A stretch of 64,000 nt of DNA from Bdellovibrionales bacterium (GTDB lineage: Bacteria > Bdellovibrionota > Bdellovibrionia > Bdellovibrionales > JAMPXM01), in the NCBI GenBank assembly GCA_043739185.1, contig JAYUEN010000387.1, positions 27,518 to 91,517 of the forward strand, read 5' to 3'. Below the pieces are notes generated by a model. It was not told the DNA's origin and ran no database searches. It worked only from the letters and a program-made list of their open reading frames with translations. The position numbers and the translations under genes were made by a program. Shown piece by piece: positions 8,455 to 18,936 of this stretch. How positions within the stretch are numbered: the stretch's first letter is position 1; each line of letters begins with the position of its first letter.

Positions 8455-10017
8455 ATGGTGTTTTCGCAGCAACAATTAAGACTAGTTCAATTCACGTTTG
8501 CAATTGTTCTCTCCTCTAGCTTGGGTGTGAGCATGGCCTTCGCTGGCGGCGACCAATGCGAAAGCATCTTTGTTTCTACAAAGAGCAAAAGACAAATTGG
8601 CGTGAGCGAAGATTTTGTTGCCAAAATGCAGTCTCGTAGGCGCTCTGCTGCAGACAAAATGTTACAAAAATTTACCACGGAGAAGGGTCTTGCAGCACCC
8701 ATGAACACGAGCCCCAAACATGACAATAACTATAGTTTCGAACTCCCGGAAGGTACTATAAAGGATCAGCAAAGGTCAGGCCGTTGTTGGATATTTGCTT
8801 CTCTCACGGCCATTGAAAATTTTTATTTAGGCAAAGGCAATTTAATGCCAGACGCCGAGTTTTCAAGAACCTATCTGCAATTTTTTAATATGCTCGAGCG
8901 TTCAAGCTCGCATTTAGAAAAGGTAATTGATTTAAGAAGAAACTCACAGCGCATTAGCAGCTCTACAATCTTACAAAGGATTGCACCTAAGATCGCGGAC
9001 GGTGGCTATGTTGAAGATATTATCTTTTTAATTAAGAAATACGGCTTGGTCACCACAAGTGCAATGCCCGAAACTCTTAATTCATTGAACACCGACCTAT
9101 TGTTGGCTGAATTGAATTCTTATTTACAAGTTAAAAGTTATGAGATGTGGAATTTGTCTGAAAACTTCGACTCAGAGGCGCGTGCACTTCATGATCGTAT
9201 CGTGAGGGGTCAGGCTGAAAACACCACAAAATATGATAAGGTGAGTTTGCAGGCCCTAAGCGAAGCTCAATTGCAAATATTAGAAGCGAAAAAGGAAGAG
9301 ATATTAGGCGGAGTCTGGTTGATTCTTGAAAAAGCTCTGGGAACACCGCCGAAAACATTCACCGCTAAAGTACCAGTGACCAATCCCAAGACGGGCGTTG
9401 CTCAAACTAAAATTCGCAAATTTGAGCCGCAAAAATTTGTGACCGACTATATGAAATTTAATCCTGAGGATTGGATCAATGTTTCTAATTTGAGAAATCG
9501 TCCTCGTGATCAAGTTTATCAAGTTAAATACCAAGACATGAACCGTGTGATACGAAGACTCAATTTAGATCCGGTACGAATGATGAATTTGGTGAAAGCA
9601 CAATTAAAAGCGGGTATGCCAGTACCGTTCGATTCGAACTTTGGCCCAGGAGTCAATCGCAAGACAGGTGATATGGAGCCTGGAACCGATGACTTAAAGG
9701 GAATGTTTCCTTATAAACAAGGCCAAGCGCCTAGGCGCTTGAGTAAATCAGAATTGGATATTTTAGGAATTTTAACCGCTGATCACGAAACGGTTTTCAT
9801 GGGATATGATCAACCAGAAGGATATGCGAATCCAATAAAGTTCAAGGTTGAAAATTCATGGAGTGATCAATATGGCAACGGCGGGAACTTCAACCTATCG
9901 GCGCAATGGTTTGATTTGTATGTAGACGGGATTATGATTCATAAATCAATGCTATCTCCAGAGGAGCTTGCGATTTTCAATGGCAAGCCTATCATTTTAA
10001 AAGCAACTAATGAGTGA
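8455..10017 (+). CDS. C1B-family cysteine aminopeptidase (PepC/bleomycin hydrolase-like) with signal peptide
   Basis: DQQRSGRCWIFA (Gln, Cys), ADHETV (His), VENSW (Asn); GGAGG RBS before ATG 8455; signal peptide ends AFA. Confidence 0.88.
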   Translation: MVFSQQQLRLVQFTFAIVLSSSLGVSMAFAGGDQCESIFVSTKSKRQIGVSEDFVAKMQSRRRSAADKMLQKFTTEKGLAAPMNTSPKHDNNYSFELPEGTIKDQQRSGRCWIFASLTAIENFYLGKGNLMPDAEFSRTYLQFFNMLERSSSHLEKVIDLRRNSQRISSSTILQRIAPKIADGGYVEDIIFLIKKYGLVTTSAMPETLNSLNTDLLLAELNSYLQVKSYEMWNLSENFDSEARALHDRIVRGQAENTTKYDKVSLQALSEAQLQILEAKKEEILGGVWLILEKALGTPPKTFTAKVPVTNPKTGVAQTKIRKFEPQKFVTDYMKFNPEDWINVSNLRNRPRDQVYQVKYQDMNRVIRRLNLDPVRMMNLVKAQLKAGMPVPFDSNFGPGVNRKTGDMEPGTDDLKGMFPYKQGQAPRRLSKSELDILGILTADHETVFMGYDQPEGYANPIKFKVENSWSDQYGNGGNFNLSAQWFDLYVDGIMIHKSMLSPEELAIFNGKPIILKATNE

Positions 10018-10036
10018 TATTTTTGAAGTTAAATGT

Positions 10037-10069
10037 CTGGCAGGACTTCTAAATGTCTTGCCAGCTTTT
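10037..10069 (+). terminator. Hairpin terminator between convergent genes
   Basis: CTGGCAGGAC-8 nt-GTCTTGCCAG followed by CTTTT. Confidence 0.6.
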
Positions 10070-10079
10070 GACCTCGAAT

Positions 10080-11432
10080 TTATCTAATCGTAAAACTATG
10101 TTCGCTCGTTTTTGCCTGAGTAGCTTGATTCAGGCGGCTGCGAATACGACCGCGCACAAAATCAATATGTTCTCTTAAGCTATAAATATAATCTGAATAG
10201 TCTAGAGGTACCTTGAGGTGATTCACTTTCATTTCAAAGGCATCTAATTTATCTAGGTGTTCAAGATATTTTTCTGGAGTAGAGTCGGGATGAAGTTGGG
10301 TCTCAATAAATTTCAACTCCCCATAGCGCTGAAAAATACGATTTCGAATGCGCCAAACGTAAATTTTTGGAACCACCTTTATCATTGGCAAAATGATGGC
10401 CGCGACCGGTATCACCAAGAGCAAGAAGCGATCAAGGAGAGTCGCGAGCCAAAAGGGCAAAAACCTTTGCCAAAATGGCGTACCTGATTTGTAAAAACTT
10501 TTAGCTTCTTCGCGCAATGAAAACTGATAATCTTTATCAACCGGAAATTCATCTTTCCTTTCAAAAAGTCCGGGTGAACTATGCACTTGTACCGCGGCCT
10601 TCAACAATAAATAGACGAGCGCAGGGTGAAGATCGTCCCTTACAAGCAGAGTAATGGTGGGCGAGACCAAATTAATATCTTCAGCCGGGATATTATTTTT
10701 CAAATCAAAAGCGCCGTGAGGAAGAGTCAAATGATGTAAAAAAGGAATCTGCCTAGTTATTGCCTCAGCCTGATCTAGGTTCATGAGTTTGACGCTAGGA
10801 TCATGCATCAGCTTTTCAATGAGCGGATCTTCACCCGTTCTTAAAAAAAGTGCAACTGTCGCCTCGCCTGACTTGATTGCATCAACTGCGTTTTGAGAGC
10901 CAATTTCTAGGAGTTGAGTATTTTCAGCTGTGACTCCGGCACTTTTTAAGATTCTTTGTGCTAAAATATTGGTCCCAGAATTCGCTCTTCCAATTGCGAT
11001 TTTCTGTCCCATAAGATCCGATAGTTTACTGGGGGTCTTTTGACCAGAATAAAAAATCCAAATTGGTTCATAGTAGAGGCTTCCCAAAGAAGAAAGGTCT
11101 GGAGCTTCCTCTGCATTGCCAAGCCCGTCTTGCACAAATCCAACCTGGACATCTGAACTTTCGTCTTTAAGCCTTTTGAGGTTTTCAGAGGGGCCTTGGG
11201 AGGCTTTGGTGATGAGTTCAACACCATCTTCTTTCAATATGTCCTTATAAAGCTTGGCGTAGGATTGATAGTCATCTTGATCTTCGCCAGTTGAAATAAC
11301 GATGCGATTGGGTGGTGCGGGATTTACAAATTTATATGCAATCACGGCGACGCTAAGGGTGATCAGACAAGCGGGGACAAATGCAAAAAGGATGTCCCTA
11401 AGGGATCTGCCAAAATATATTTTTTTATTCAT
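10080..11432 (-). CDS. TAXI-family TRAP solute-binding protein, membrane-anchored form
   Basis: SQGPSENL, VGFVQDG, SLYYEPIWIFY, IAIGRANSGT; N- and C-terminal TM segments; start at MNKK inferred. Confidence 0.85.
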   Translation of the reverse strand: MNKKIYFGRSLRDILFAFVPACLITLSVAVIAYKFVNPAPPNRIVISTGEDQDDYQSYAKLYKDILKEDGVELITKASQGPSENLKRLKDESSDVQVGFVQDGLGNAEEAPDLSSLGSLYYEPIWIFYSGQKTPSKLSDLMGQKIAIGRANSGTNILAQRILKSAGVTAENTQLLEIGSQNAVDAIKSGEATVALFLRTGEDPLIEKLMHDPSVKLMNLDQAEAITRQIPFLHHLTLPHGAFDLKNNIPAEDINLVSPTITLLVRDDLHPALVYLLLKAAVQVHSSPGLFERKDEFPVDKDYQFSLREEAKSFYKSGTPFWQRFLPFWLATLLDRFLLLVIPVAAIILPMIKVVPKIYVWRIRNRIFQRYGELKFIETQLHPDSTPEKYLEHLDKLDAFEMKVNHLKVPLDYSDYIYSLREHIDFVRGRIRSRLNQATQAKTSEHSFTIR

Positions 11433-11555
11433 AGCTGCCAATAATAACATCAGAAATTGATCAGGCTCAACGCTAATTGTGTTCAAGTTTTGATTTGCAG
11501 CGCGTAGCCTTTTCATTTGCTTGTGAGTAGCATGCATTGCTAGGATTCTTATCTT

Positions 11556-14528
11556 ATGAAAAAAGTGCTTTTTCGCATAATGACAGGCCTCTTTAGCTTT
11601 TTATTTGTCCTATTGGTGCTGGTGTATATCGGAGTGAAGTTTCTTGGTACTGAGGAGGGCTCTCGATGGGTATTGACCAAGGCGCAAAAAGTCTTAGCGC
11701 AAAAATTTGCTACCGAGCTACAGTTTTCTGAGGCCCAAATCAGATTGTTTTCAGGCATACATTTTAAAGATTTGAAAATAGATTCAAAATTGAATGGCAA
11801 TCGAATTCAGATTCAAATTTCAAGATTTGATATCGACTACATCATTGAGAATTTTTCTCGAAAAGTCTTGATTGAACGATTGTCAATTGAGCGCCCAAGT
11901 TTTCAGGTGCAATTGAATATAGACGCTTCTCCGAAAGCTAAGCCGCAAGAATTTTCTTCAAAAGAGAATGTGCCGCTTGTAGTGCTTTTAGCAAAATTTT
12001 TAGAATCCCCTCTTGTGAGCGTCACAATGAGGCGATTTGAGCTATCCGAATTTGACCTCGATCTTCACCTAAAGGCTGGTGAGAATAGTTTAACTGCTGT
12101 CATTAAGAATTTAAATATCAGAGCATCTGGCCAGCTTTCCGAAAATCATTTGAGTCTAGAAAGTGAAGTGAAAGCGAACCACGCCAATCATGTGGAGATT
12201 TCAGGCCGAGATAGGCATTTGGCTTTGGATTGGGATTTGAATACAAAAGGCAATATCAAGATTGAAAAGAACGGGCAAAACTGGAGCTATTCAATACCTG
12301 AAAATTTTGTGAATTTTGAATTGCAGAACTTGATTGTACAAATGAGTGAGCTTGAGACACAAACGCAGCTACAGTTACCATGGGTCAAGATTAAGTCTGA
12401 AACAAATTTGCTTGCTGAAACTGAGCACGCCTTTGAATTTGATTCGGGTTCTTTAAAATCTGCACATGATAATTCGCAGATTCAGACAAGCCCCTTTAGC
12501 TTGATAAAGCGTTCTCTAGATCAAGCCATGAGCCTTAAGTTTGGCAGTTATGAGGCTGCCATAACGGCAGAATTAAAGAAAGATGTTGAACTGAATGTGA
12601 AATCCATTTTGCATCAACTTGATTTTCCGTCCCAATTGAATATGCCAATTGATTTGAAGCTAGGTGCTCAGGCTAATATTTCTTTGGATCTTAAACATTT
12701 TGCAGCTCACTTTGCTGCTGGGCTCTCCGAAATTGATTTGTCTTTGGGCCAATTCACCATTGGTAGAAACCAAGCTAAGGATCCTTGGGAGTTGATGGGG
12801 AATGTGCAAATTTTTCTCGATCCAAAGCTGGCAAAAAAAATGAAATCAGGGGCTGAGCTTTCGAAAATGGGTCGTATCGAAATCAATTCGAAATTAAGTG
12901 GTAAGCTTTCAAATGAACAGCGGCTGCATTTGGATACTCAAACTGATATTGCAAAAATTATTTTACCTGTGTCTAAAAAGAGCTTTGCGATTCACATTTC
13001 CTCAGCAAATGATTTTCAGAAATCATCTGCTCCTGATGGGCGCGACTTAGGAGTCGGGGTAAACTCCACTTCAGAGCTAAAGCTTTCAAATCCAGAAATT
13101 GGCGAATGGAAAGTGAATTCAAATTCTGAAGTTCATTTAGACAATTTAAATAAGAAAGAGATTATAGGAAAAATTGAATTGAGCGAACTGAGTGCTGGTG
13201 ATAGCGATTTGTTGCCCGCTAAATTGGTACAGCCTGTAGTAATGTCTCATCATTTGAGTATGAACCAAGAGGATTTAAGCTTCGAGCTAAAAGGCTTAGC
13301 GCCCGCAATTGAAATCACAAAATTAGGAATTCTTGGTGATACGAAATTCAATGTGAATTTAAAGGGTGACCATTTGAGCACTGAGAAAAACTTCAAGATT
13401 CAAGTCGAGATGGATCAGGGCCCATTGAAGCTCAATGTAGTGAATGCGAGTTTGGCAGCAATTCCAATTGCAAGTATGAAGATGAATTTGGCAGCTACAT
13501 TAAAGCAGCAGACGTTGTTCAACCTTGAGAAATTGCAATTTAATTTGAATCAGGATTTGGTGCGGGTGACTGCTGACGGAACTGGTAATTTGAAAACCAA
13601 AGATGTGCAAATTCAAATAAATAACCAAATGAATTTTCCGCGATCTTTACCTGAGCTTTTTGGCCAAAAGGTGACGGGCGAAGTATTAGTTCCCATGAAT
13701 TTTTCGGTTCGGCACGGCAAGGATATTAATATAGACGGGACTGTAGAGTTAAAGAAAATGGGCGTTCAGCACGACGATATTTCGCTTTCTGGCCTCAGCG
13801 GACGTATTCCTTTTTCTGAACATTTAATATTAGAAAAGGATCATATTAGGTTTACAGAATTGGTGACGCAGAATGCTTTTGAGCGAGTGAATTTTGAACG
13901 TCTGCGCCCCTTATTGCAAAGCTCAGAACTTATCACAATTGATAAAATACATTGGCAAGAAAAAGTATATGGTCCACTCGTAGGTTTTTTTTCGATTCGA
14001 CAGAATATGTTTATTCTTCATGAATTTAGTCTCGATTTGGGCTCAGGAAGTATTTATGGCGAAGTGGCCTTTGATGCTTATCCTAAAAACCTTCAATTGG
14101 GTCTGCTTTCTCGCGTTACCGGGCTCGATTTAGCTCAGGTTTTGCCGCGGAAGTTTTTAAAGAAAATACCTGAGGGCGACAAAACGATAAGCGCGCGTAC
14201 AGGCTTTGTGTTTTCGCTCAACCGAGCCATTCTTAATGGCCGCATAGATGTAACCCAAATTGGAAGTGCCCAGATGATAACGCTAATCAATTTATTGGAC
14301 CCACAGTTTCAAGATGATAAAATGAATAAAATGAGAACACTCTTAGAAGTGGGTTATCCCACCGCAGTAGCGATGAATTTTAATCAAGGTTTTTTAGATT
14401 TGGATTTGGATTTGACTGCACTTGGTATTAATCAGCACCAGGCTTTGCGATCTATTCCTCTATCTGGATTTTTATTAAAGCCAACTGCAGAAATTGTTTC
14501 TGCAAGTCAGAAAGGACCCCTCAAATGA
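11556..14528 (+). CDS. Large AsmA/YdbH/TamB-like envelope protein
   Basis: One N-terminal TM anchor (…FLGTEEGSRWVL), then ~950 aa of alternating hydrophobic beta-strand pattern. Confidence 0.6.
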   Translation: MKKVLFRIMTGLFSFLFVLLVLVYIGVKFLGTEEGSRWVLTKAQKVLAQKFATELQFSEAQIRLFSGIHFKDLKIDSKLNGNRIQIQISRFDIDYIIENFSRKVLIERLSIERPSFQVQLNIDASPKAKPQEFSSKENVPLVVLLAKFLESPLVSVTMRRFELSEFDLDLHLKAGENSLTAVIKNLNIRASGQLSENHLSLESEVKANHANHVEISGRDRHLALDWDLNTKGNIKIEKNGQNWSYSIPENFVNFELQNLIVQMSELETQTQLQLPWVKIKSETNLLAETEHAFEFDSGSLKSAHDNSQIQTSPFSLIKRSLDQAMSLKFGSYEAAITAELKKDVELNVKSILHQLDFPSQLNMPIDLKLGAQANISLDLKHFAAHFAAGLSEIDLSLGQFTIGRNQAKDPWELMGNVQIFLDPKLAKKMKSGAELSKMGRIEINSKLSGKLSNEQRLHLDTQTDIAKIILPVSKKSFAIHISSANDFQKSSAPDGRDLGVGVNSTSELKLSNPEIGEWKVNSNSEVHLDNLNKKEIIGKIELSELSAGDSDLLPAKLVQPVVMSHHLSMNQEDLSFELKGLAPAIEITKLGILGDTKFNVNLKGDHLSTEKNFKIQVEMDQGPLKLNVVNASLAAIPIASMKMNLAATLKQQTLFNLEKLQFNLNQDLVRVTADGTGNLKTKDVQIQINNQMNFPRSLPELFGQKVTGEVLVPMNFSVRHGKDINIDGTVELKKMGVQHDDISLSGLSGRIPFSEHLILEKDHIRFTELVTQNAFERVNFERLRPLLQSSELITIDKIHWQEKVYGPLVGFFSIRQNMFILHEFSLDLGSGSIYGEVAFDAYPKNLQLGLLSRVTGLDLAQVLPRKFLKKIPEGDKTISARTGFVFSLNRAILNGRIDVTQIGSAQMITLINLLDPQFQDDKMNKMRTLLEVGYPTAVAMNFNQGFLDLDLDLTALGINQHQALRSIPLSGFLLKPTAEIVSASQKGPLK

Positions 14529-14818
14529 AATATCTAAAAATCTTTGGCGCGCTAATGAGTTTGGGCATTCTCGGTAGTCTGTTTGGTTGTGCGCCGCAAA
14601 TTTATGTGGTCGACCGCCAAAGTGTATTCGAGCAGGAATCGGCAGGTGAGTGGCCACAGTTTGAACAAGAAGTCTTGGGGAAATCGGTTGCGACCGGTGC
14701 CGAGCCATTTGCGAAGATTCCTATCACCAATAAAAAGGCCCGTCTTTACAAAGTTCTCAATGGTGAACTCGTAGCTTTACCTGAAAAGCCAACTTCGAAC
14801 AAAGTGGATAAAAAATGA
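14525..14818 (+). CDS. Small lipoprotein (possibly YnbE/DUF1318-like partner)
   Basis: LFGC lipobox; ATGA overlaps with both neighbours. Confidence 0.7.
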   Translation: MKYLKIFGALMSLGILGSLFGCAPQIYVVDRQSVFEQESAGEWPQFEQEVLGKSVATGAEPFAKIPITNKKARLYKVLNGELVALPEKPTSNKVDKK

Positions 14819-17800
14819 TGAAGATCTTCTTAGTTGGCATTTTACTATTTGCAGGCAAGGTTCAAGCGACAATAGTTTCGGATCGAATCGCGGCAACGAA
14901 TCGGCTGCTGCCTTTGAAAAAAGTAACGGTCGGTCCTGATGACCAATATCATGGGTCTGTCGATACCAAAGGGGAGATTTTAGTCTATACATACAAGACA
15001 AATTTGGTGCCGCACCTGCGTGTGCAAGAACTAAAGAGCGGTGACGTTCGGGATTTTTTACCACTTACCGCAGACTCGCAGGAGCCGAGCATCGGACCAA
15101 GTGGCTTGGTCGCATTTACCTATTTTAAATTCAATGCAAAGGGAGATATCTGTTACGCCGGATTGCCAAACTTCGCAAAGCCTGCCAATAACAATCCCGA
15201 AATTCATTGTCTCGCCCGTACCTCAAGCGAAAAGTTCGAAGCCAGATCAAATTCATTTTGGAAATCAAACGACGAAATTGGCTACGTTGTCGACGCGATA
15301 GGTGAAAATCCACGTCGGATTGTTACAGAAAATATTCACACAGGAAATAAGACAATACTCACATCAGGGAAAATATACTCTCCCAATATGCAGGCCGGCG
15401 GACATTATTTAACTTTTATAAAAATGGACAAAGATGAGTCCGTATCCAAATCAAATGTAAATCGTGAAATCGTTTTGTTGGACCTTGTAAATCGCAAAGA
15501 ATTCAGTTTGCGATTTGCACTTCCCGGAATTTCAGGCTTTCCAGCCTTATCGGCTGATGAGTCGATGCTTTATTTTAGCCACTATCCGAACGATTCAAAT
15601 GGTGACAATATTCTTGATGGCAGCGACAACGGAGTCATCTTTCGCATTCCGGTTTCAAAAATATTTAGTAATCAAGATAAGGATCTGATTTTTCCTGAGC
15701 AGCTCACTTCTCTCGAGAGCAGTTGTAGTTTTCCTCACCCATTTAAAGATTCGGTTTATTTGACCTGTGCCTTTGAAGGAAGTCTCGATATCTATCAGAT
15801 GCCTGCCAGTGGAATTGTTCCGGTCAATTGGTCGAGACAAATACTTGATAATGCTTTGATCACCAGTCGCAGTTATCAGGAGCGTATCTTAAATCTCAAT
15901 ACTGAGAAATATAGATTTTCAGAAACCAAACAAATAACAAATGAGCGGCTATTAAATAATCATATTTTAGCAGATGAAACGGCGGCCGCGCGTAGTTATT
16001 TAGATGAGATAATGAAAACTAAGCTTGGCGCAAATGAAAAGTCATTTTATGCGCTAGTAAAAATCTATTTGGAATCGCGCGAACTAAAGAAAATGCAAGC
16101 ATCCTCTGATGTGACCAGGATCTTTAGAGGTCAAATAGCGCAATTTGAACATCAAGTTGCGAGTATAAAATCAGAGGCGAGTTTTAATTTGATTCTTCGG
16201 GGTCTCCTCAAGCTCTATACTGAAGACTTTCACGAGGCTGCAAATTTTTTAGCACAGGTTCGTGCGGCTTCTCAAATGAAGCCGCTGGAGCGTTATTTGT
16301 ATTTTGAATTGGCAGATCAAAGTCTTTCACGTGAACTACCTAAAAGCGAAGCTAAGCTATTAGATGCATATCATATCATGATGACGGCACCTGAGCTCGA
16401 TGAAGAGGCGCATATTTACTACGCCTTTCGTCTCCTAGATAAAATTGAACAGCAGCACAAAGAACTTCCCGAAAGAATTAAGGTCATTGACACTGCCAAA
16501 AAATTTCTTGTTAAGCCAGTCCTCACTTTACTTGATTCTGAAACTTGTGTCCTTCGATTAATTCTTGCGGGTGATTCTGAAAAGCCGAAAGTTTATTCTG
16601 AGCTCGATCGCTTTATGAGCGAAACAAGAGAAGATTATTTTTTGAGAAAAGCTCTTTATGTACGCGCGATACTCAACTTCACGACGGCTGCGCAATTTAC
16701 TTATATGGATTTGGTGGCGACTGCATGGTTAAAGTATACTACGCAAAAAGATACAGAGTTTATCTATGCGCGTGAAGTGGTACAGGGTTCGGCACTTGAC
16801 CAAGCCTATGCAAATGTAGCGGTGGCAAATGACAATTTTGCGAGTAGTTTCTTTTATGAATCTTTAAGCTTAACCGACGATCTAGAGTCGCATTACGGTT
16901 TTGTCCAATCAATGAACCGCAGAAATTTGCGTAGCACCATTGATGATCGATACAAGAATCTCGTACAAAGATCATTTATTGACGACAATTTTAAGTTTGT
17001 TCAGGCCTTGCTTATTCTGATCGATCAAAATACTCATGCTCAAGCGGACCGGCATCTCACGGCACATTTAGATCAGGCAATTGAAAAACTGGTGGCGATG
17101 TCGCAAGATCGGGACTCGCCGGCGCGCTATTTATTGCTTGGTTCTTGTTATCTTGAAAAGCTCTTAAGAACCGCAAAGGGTCTTGAGTTTTCAGCAGAGC
17201 TTTTGCAGAAAGCCAATCGCACTCTGATGTTGGCATATGATTTGGGTCGAGATAATGTTCGTATTCAAGCAGCAACTTTAATGAACCTTGGGATTTTACA
17301 AGCTCGGGTTCAAAACCAAGGGCTCGCAGTTCGTTTTTTTAAAGAGCGTAAAACTCTTGGTTTTGTTTCTGCTGTTGAGAAGGCAGCCTTTGAATGGAGC
17401 TACGCACGCGCTTTATTTTTGAGCCATCAACCTGAGTTAGCGGCAGAAGAATTAACTGAAGTAGCAGCAAGTGAAATGAAGCCGGCATTATTAGAGCGCA
17501 AGGCCTTTTATTTGATGTCTGCACAAAAATATGATCGAGCTGTTCTGGCTTATGAAGAACTATTCAAAGCTAAACCACAAATTGATGCTATTAGTTTCGC
17601 AAAAATAAACCTCAGTCTTGGCTTTGCGCTTTTGAAAAACCAACAAGAAAAAGAAGCCAAAAATCATCTTGTGCAAGCTGTTCAGTCGTTAGACAGGCTT
17701 GCTGTTTTGGGTCGTGGCGCCGAGCGTTCAGTTGAGTTCAATCCCAATAGATTGAAGGCATTTGCCTATGGCTTTCTAGCTCAAATCGGAAATCCAAATG

Positions 17801-18333
17801 AACGTAAAGATGCACTTCTTAAACGTTATGCGCTCCTAGAACAAAGCTCAAATCTGGTTGAGGATCAGCTCAATGTCATGATTCAAGCAAGACTTCAATT
17901 GGCTAAGCTTACAACTACTGAGCTAAACGAGAAAAGCCAATATCTCAGAGAAGCAGTAAGTTTAAGTGAAAAACTAGCCAAGGAAAGTGGATATTTGTCG
18001 CACGCCATTTACCAATCAAGTGTTGCAGCTTTGATTGAAGGATTTTTGCACCCTAAGATGTTTACAGATTCAGAATCAAAAAGCATCGTCGCCTTGGTTC
18101 AGAGTTGTATGCATTCATATGAAAGTCAGAAGATCTCCCAAGCTTTTTTGAACTTTCAAAATCTCAAGCTTAAAGTTTTAGAGGCCGCCTATAGTGCGAT
18201 ACTCAATCATCGAGCCTCCTCAAAGGATGAGATTAAAGCACTTATGTCTGCTCCGTTAGCAATGAATGTAAAAGAAGGTCTTCCTAAAGAATGGGAAAAT
18301 ATGACAAAGCTAAGCGCAGCCCTTAGTTATTAG
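14815..18333 (+). CDS. Exported protein with TolB/PD40-like beta-propeller and helical TPR-like region
   Basis: Signal peptide; SQEPSIGPSG, SGFPALSADESMLYFS, GSLDIY repeats; DSNGDNILDGSD Ca-binding-like loop; helical C-terminal two-thirds. Confidence 0.7.
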   Translation: MMKIFLVGILLFAGKVQATIVSDRIAATNRLLPLKKVTVGPDDQYHGSVDTKGEILVYTYKTNLVPHLRVQELKSGDVRDFLPLTADSQEPSIGPSGLVAFTYFKFNAKGDICYAGLPNFAKPANNNPEIHCLARTSSEKFEARSNSFWKSNDEIGYVVDAIGENPRRIVTENIHTGNKTILTSGKIYSPNMQAGGHYLTFIKMDKDESVSKSNVNREIVLLDLVNRKEFSLRFALPGISGFPALSADESMLYFSHYPNDSNGDNILDGSDNGVIFRIPVSKIFSNQDKDLIFPEQLTSLESSCSFPHPFKDSVYLTCAFEGSLDIYQMPASGIVPVNWSRQILDNALITSRSYQERILNLNTEKYRFSETKQITNERLLNNHILADETAAARSYLDEIMKTKLGANEKSFYALVKIYLESRELKKMQASSDVTRIFRGQIAQFEHQVASIKSEASFNLILRGLLKLYTEDFHEAANFLAQVRAASQMKPLERYLYFELADQSLSRELPKSEAKLLDAYHIMMTAPELDEEAHIYYAFRLLDKIEQQHKELPERIKVIDTAKKFLVKPVLTLLDSETCVLRLILAGDSEKPKVYSELDRFMSETREDYFLRKALYVRAILNFTTAAQFTYMDLVATAWLKYTTQKDTEFIYAREVVQGSALDQAYANVAVANDNFASSFFYESLSLTDDLESHYGFVQSMNRRNLRSTIDDRYKNLVQRSFIDDNFKFVQALLILIDQNTHAQADRHLTAHLDQAIEKLVAMSQDRDSPARYLLLGSCYLEKLLRTAKGLEFSAELLQKANRTLMLAYDLGRDNVRIQAATLMNLGILQARVQNQGLAVRFFKERKTLGFVSAVEKAAFEWSYARALFLSHQPELAAEELTEVAASEMKPALLERKAFYLMSAQKYDRAVLAYEELFKAKPQIDAISFAKINLSLGFALLKNQQEKEAKNHLVQAVQSLDRLAVLGRGAERSVEFNPNRLKAFAYGFLAQIGNPNERKDALLKRYALLEQSSNLVEDQLNVMIQARLQLAKLTTTELNEKSQYLREAVSLSEKLAKESGYLSHAIYQSSVAALIEGFLHPKMFTDSESKSIVALVQSCMHSYESQKISQAFLNFQNLKLKVLEAAYSAILNHRASSKDEIKALMSAPLAMNVKEGLPKEWENMTKLSAALSY

Positions 18334-18793
18334 GAGCTCCGGCATTGATCCAAGCGAGGATCGATGCTTCTTCTGCGGGTGTAATATTTTGATCACTTAA
18401 GTGGGTTGCATAGGTCGTGCAACCACTTTTGCCAGCAAAATTATTTACATGATAATCTTGAAACAATACTCCCGCCAGATAGGATTGAGTCGGCGCATTT
18501 GCAGCTACGATTTTAATTCCGCTACAGGTACCTGTGCTAGAGGTGCCGGCGACATAATTTGCAAGCAAAGTAGAATAAGCAGTAGCCGAAGTTGTGAAAT
18601 CGAGATGTACGCCATTGGTATTGTAGGCTGGTGTTCCTGGCACATGGCATTGAGCACAGGCTGTTTTTAACATGCTTGTGTAGATAGTAGAAAAATTGGC
18701 GGAGGTATCAGCAGCCTTATCTCCGCAATTGCTAAGAAAAAAAGGGATCAAGCCTAAGACGAAAACAAACAGTAATTTTCGCAAAAATAGCAT
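18323..18793 (-). CDS. Lipoprotein c-type cytochrome
   Basis: LSNC lipobox, CAQCH heme motif, C-terminal ILAWINAGA. Confidence 0.75.
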   Translation of the reverse strand: MLFLRKLLFVFVLGLIPFFLSNCGDKAADTSANFSTIYTSMLKTACAQCHVPGTPAYNTNGVHLDFTTSATAYSTLLANYVAGTSSTGTCSGIKIVAANAPTQSYLAGVLFQDYHVNNFAGKSGCTTYATHLSDQNITPAEEASILAWINAGAPNN

Positions 18794-18936
18794 TTCAGAA
18801 CTCCTCTAATATAAAGACTGCCTATGAAGTTTGTCATTAATCGATAAGTTGGGCCAAAATTCAAGAAATATCTAGAATGTGTCCGCTTTCCTAACTTGTC
18901 GCGAGGTGAAGTGGATAGCAGTGCCTTGCCGTGGAC

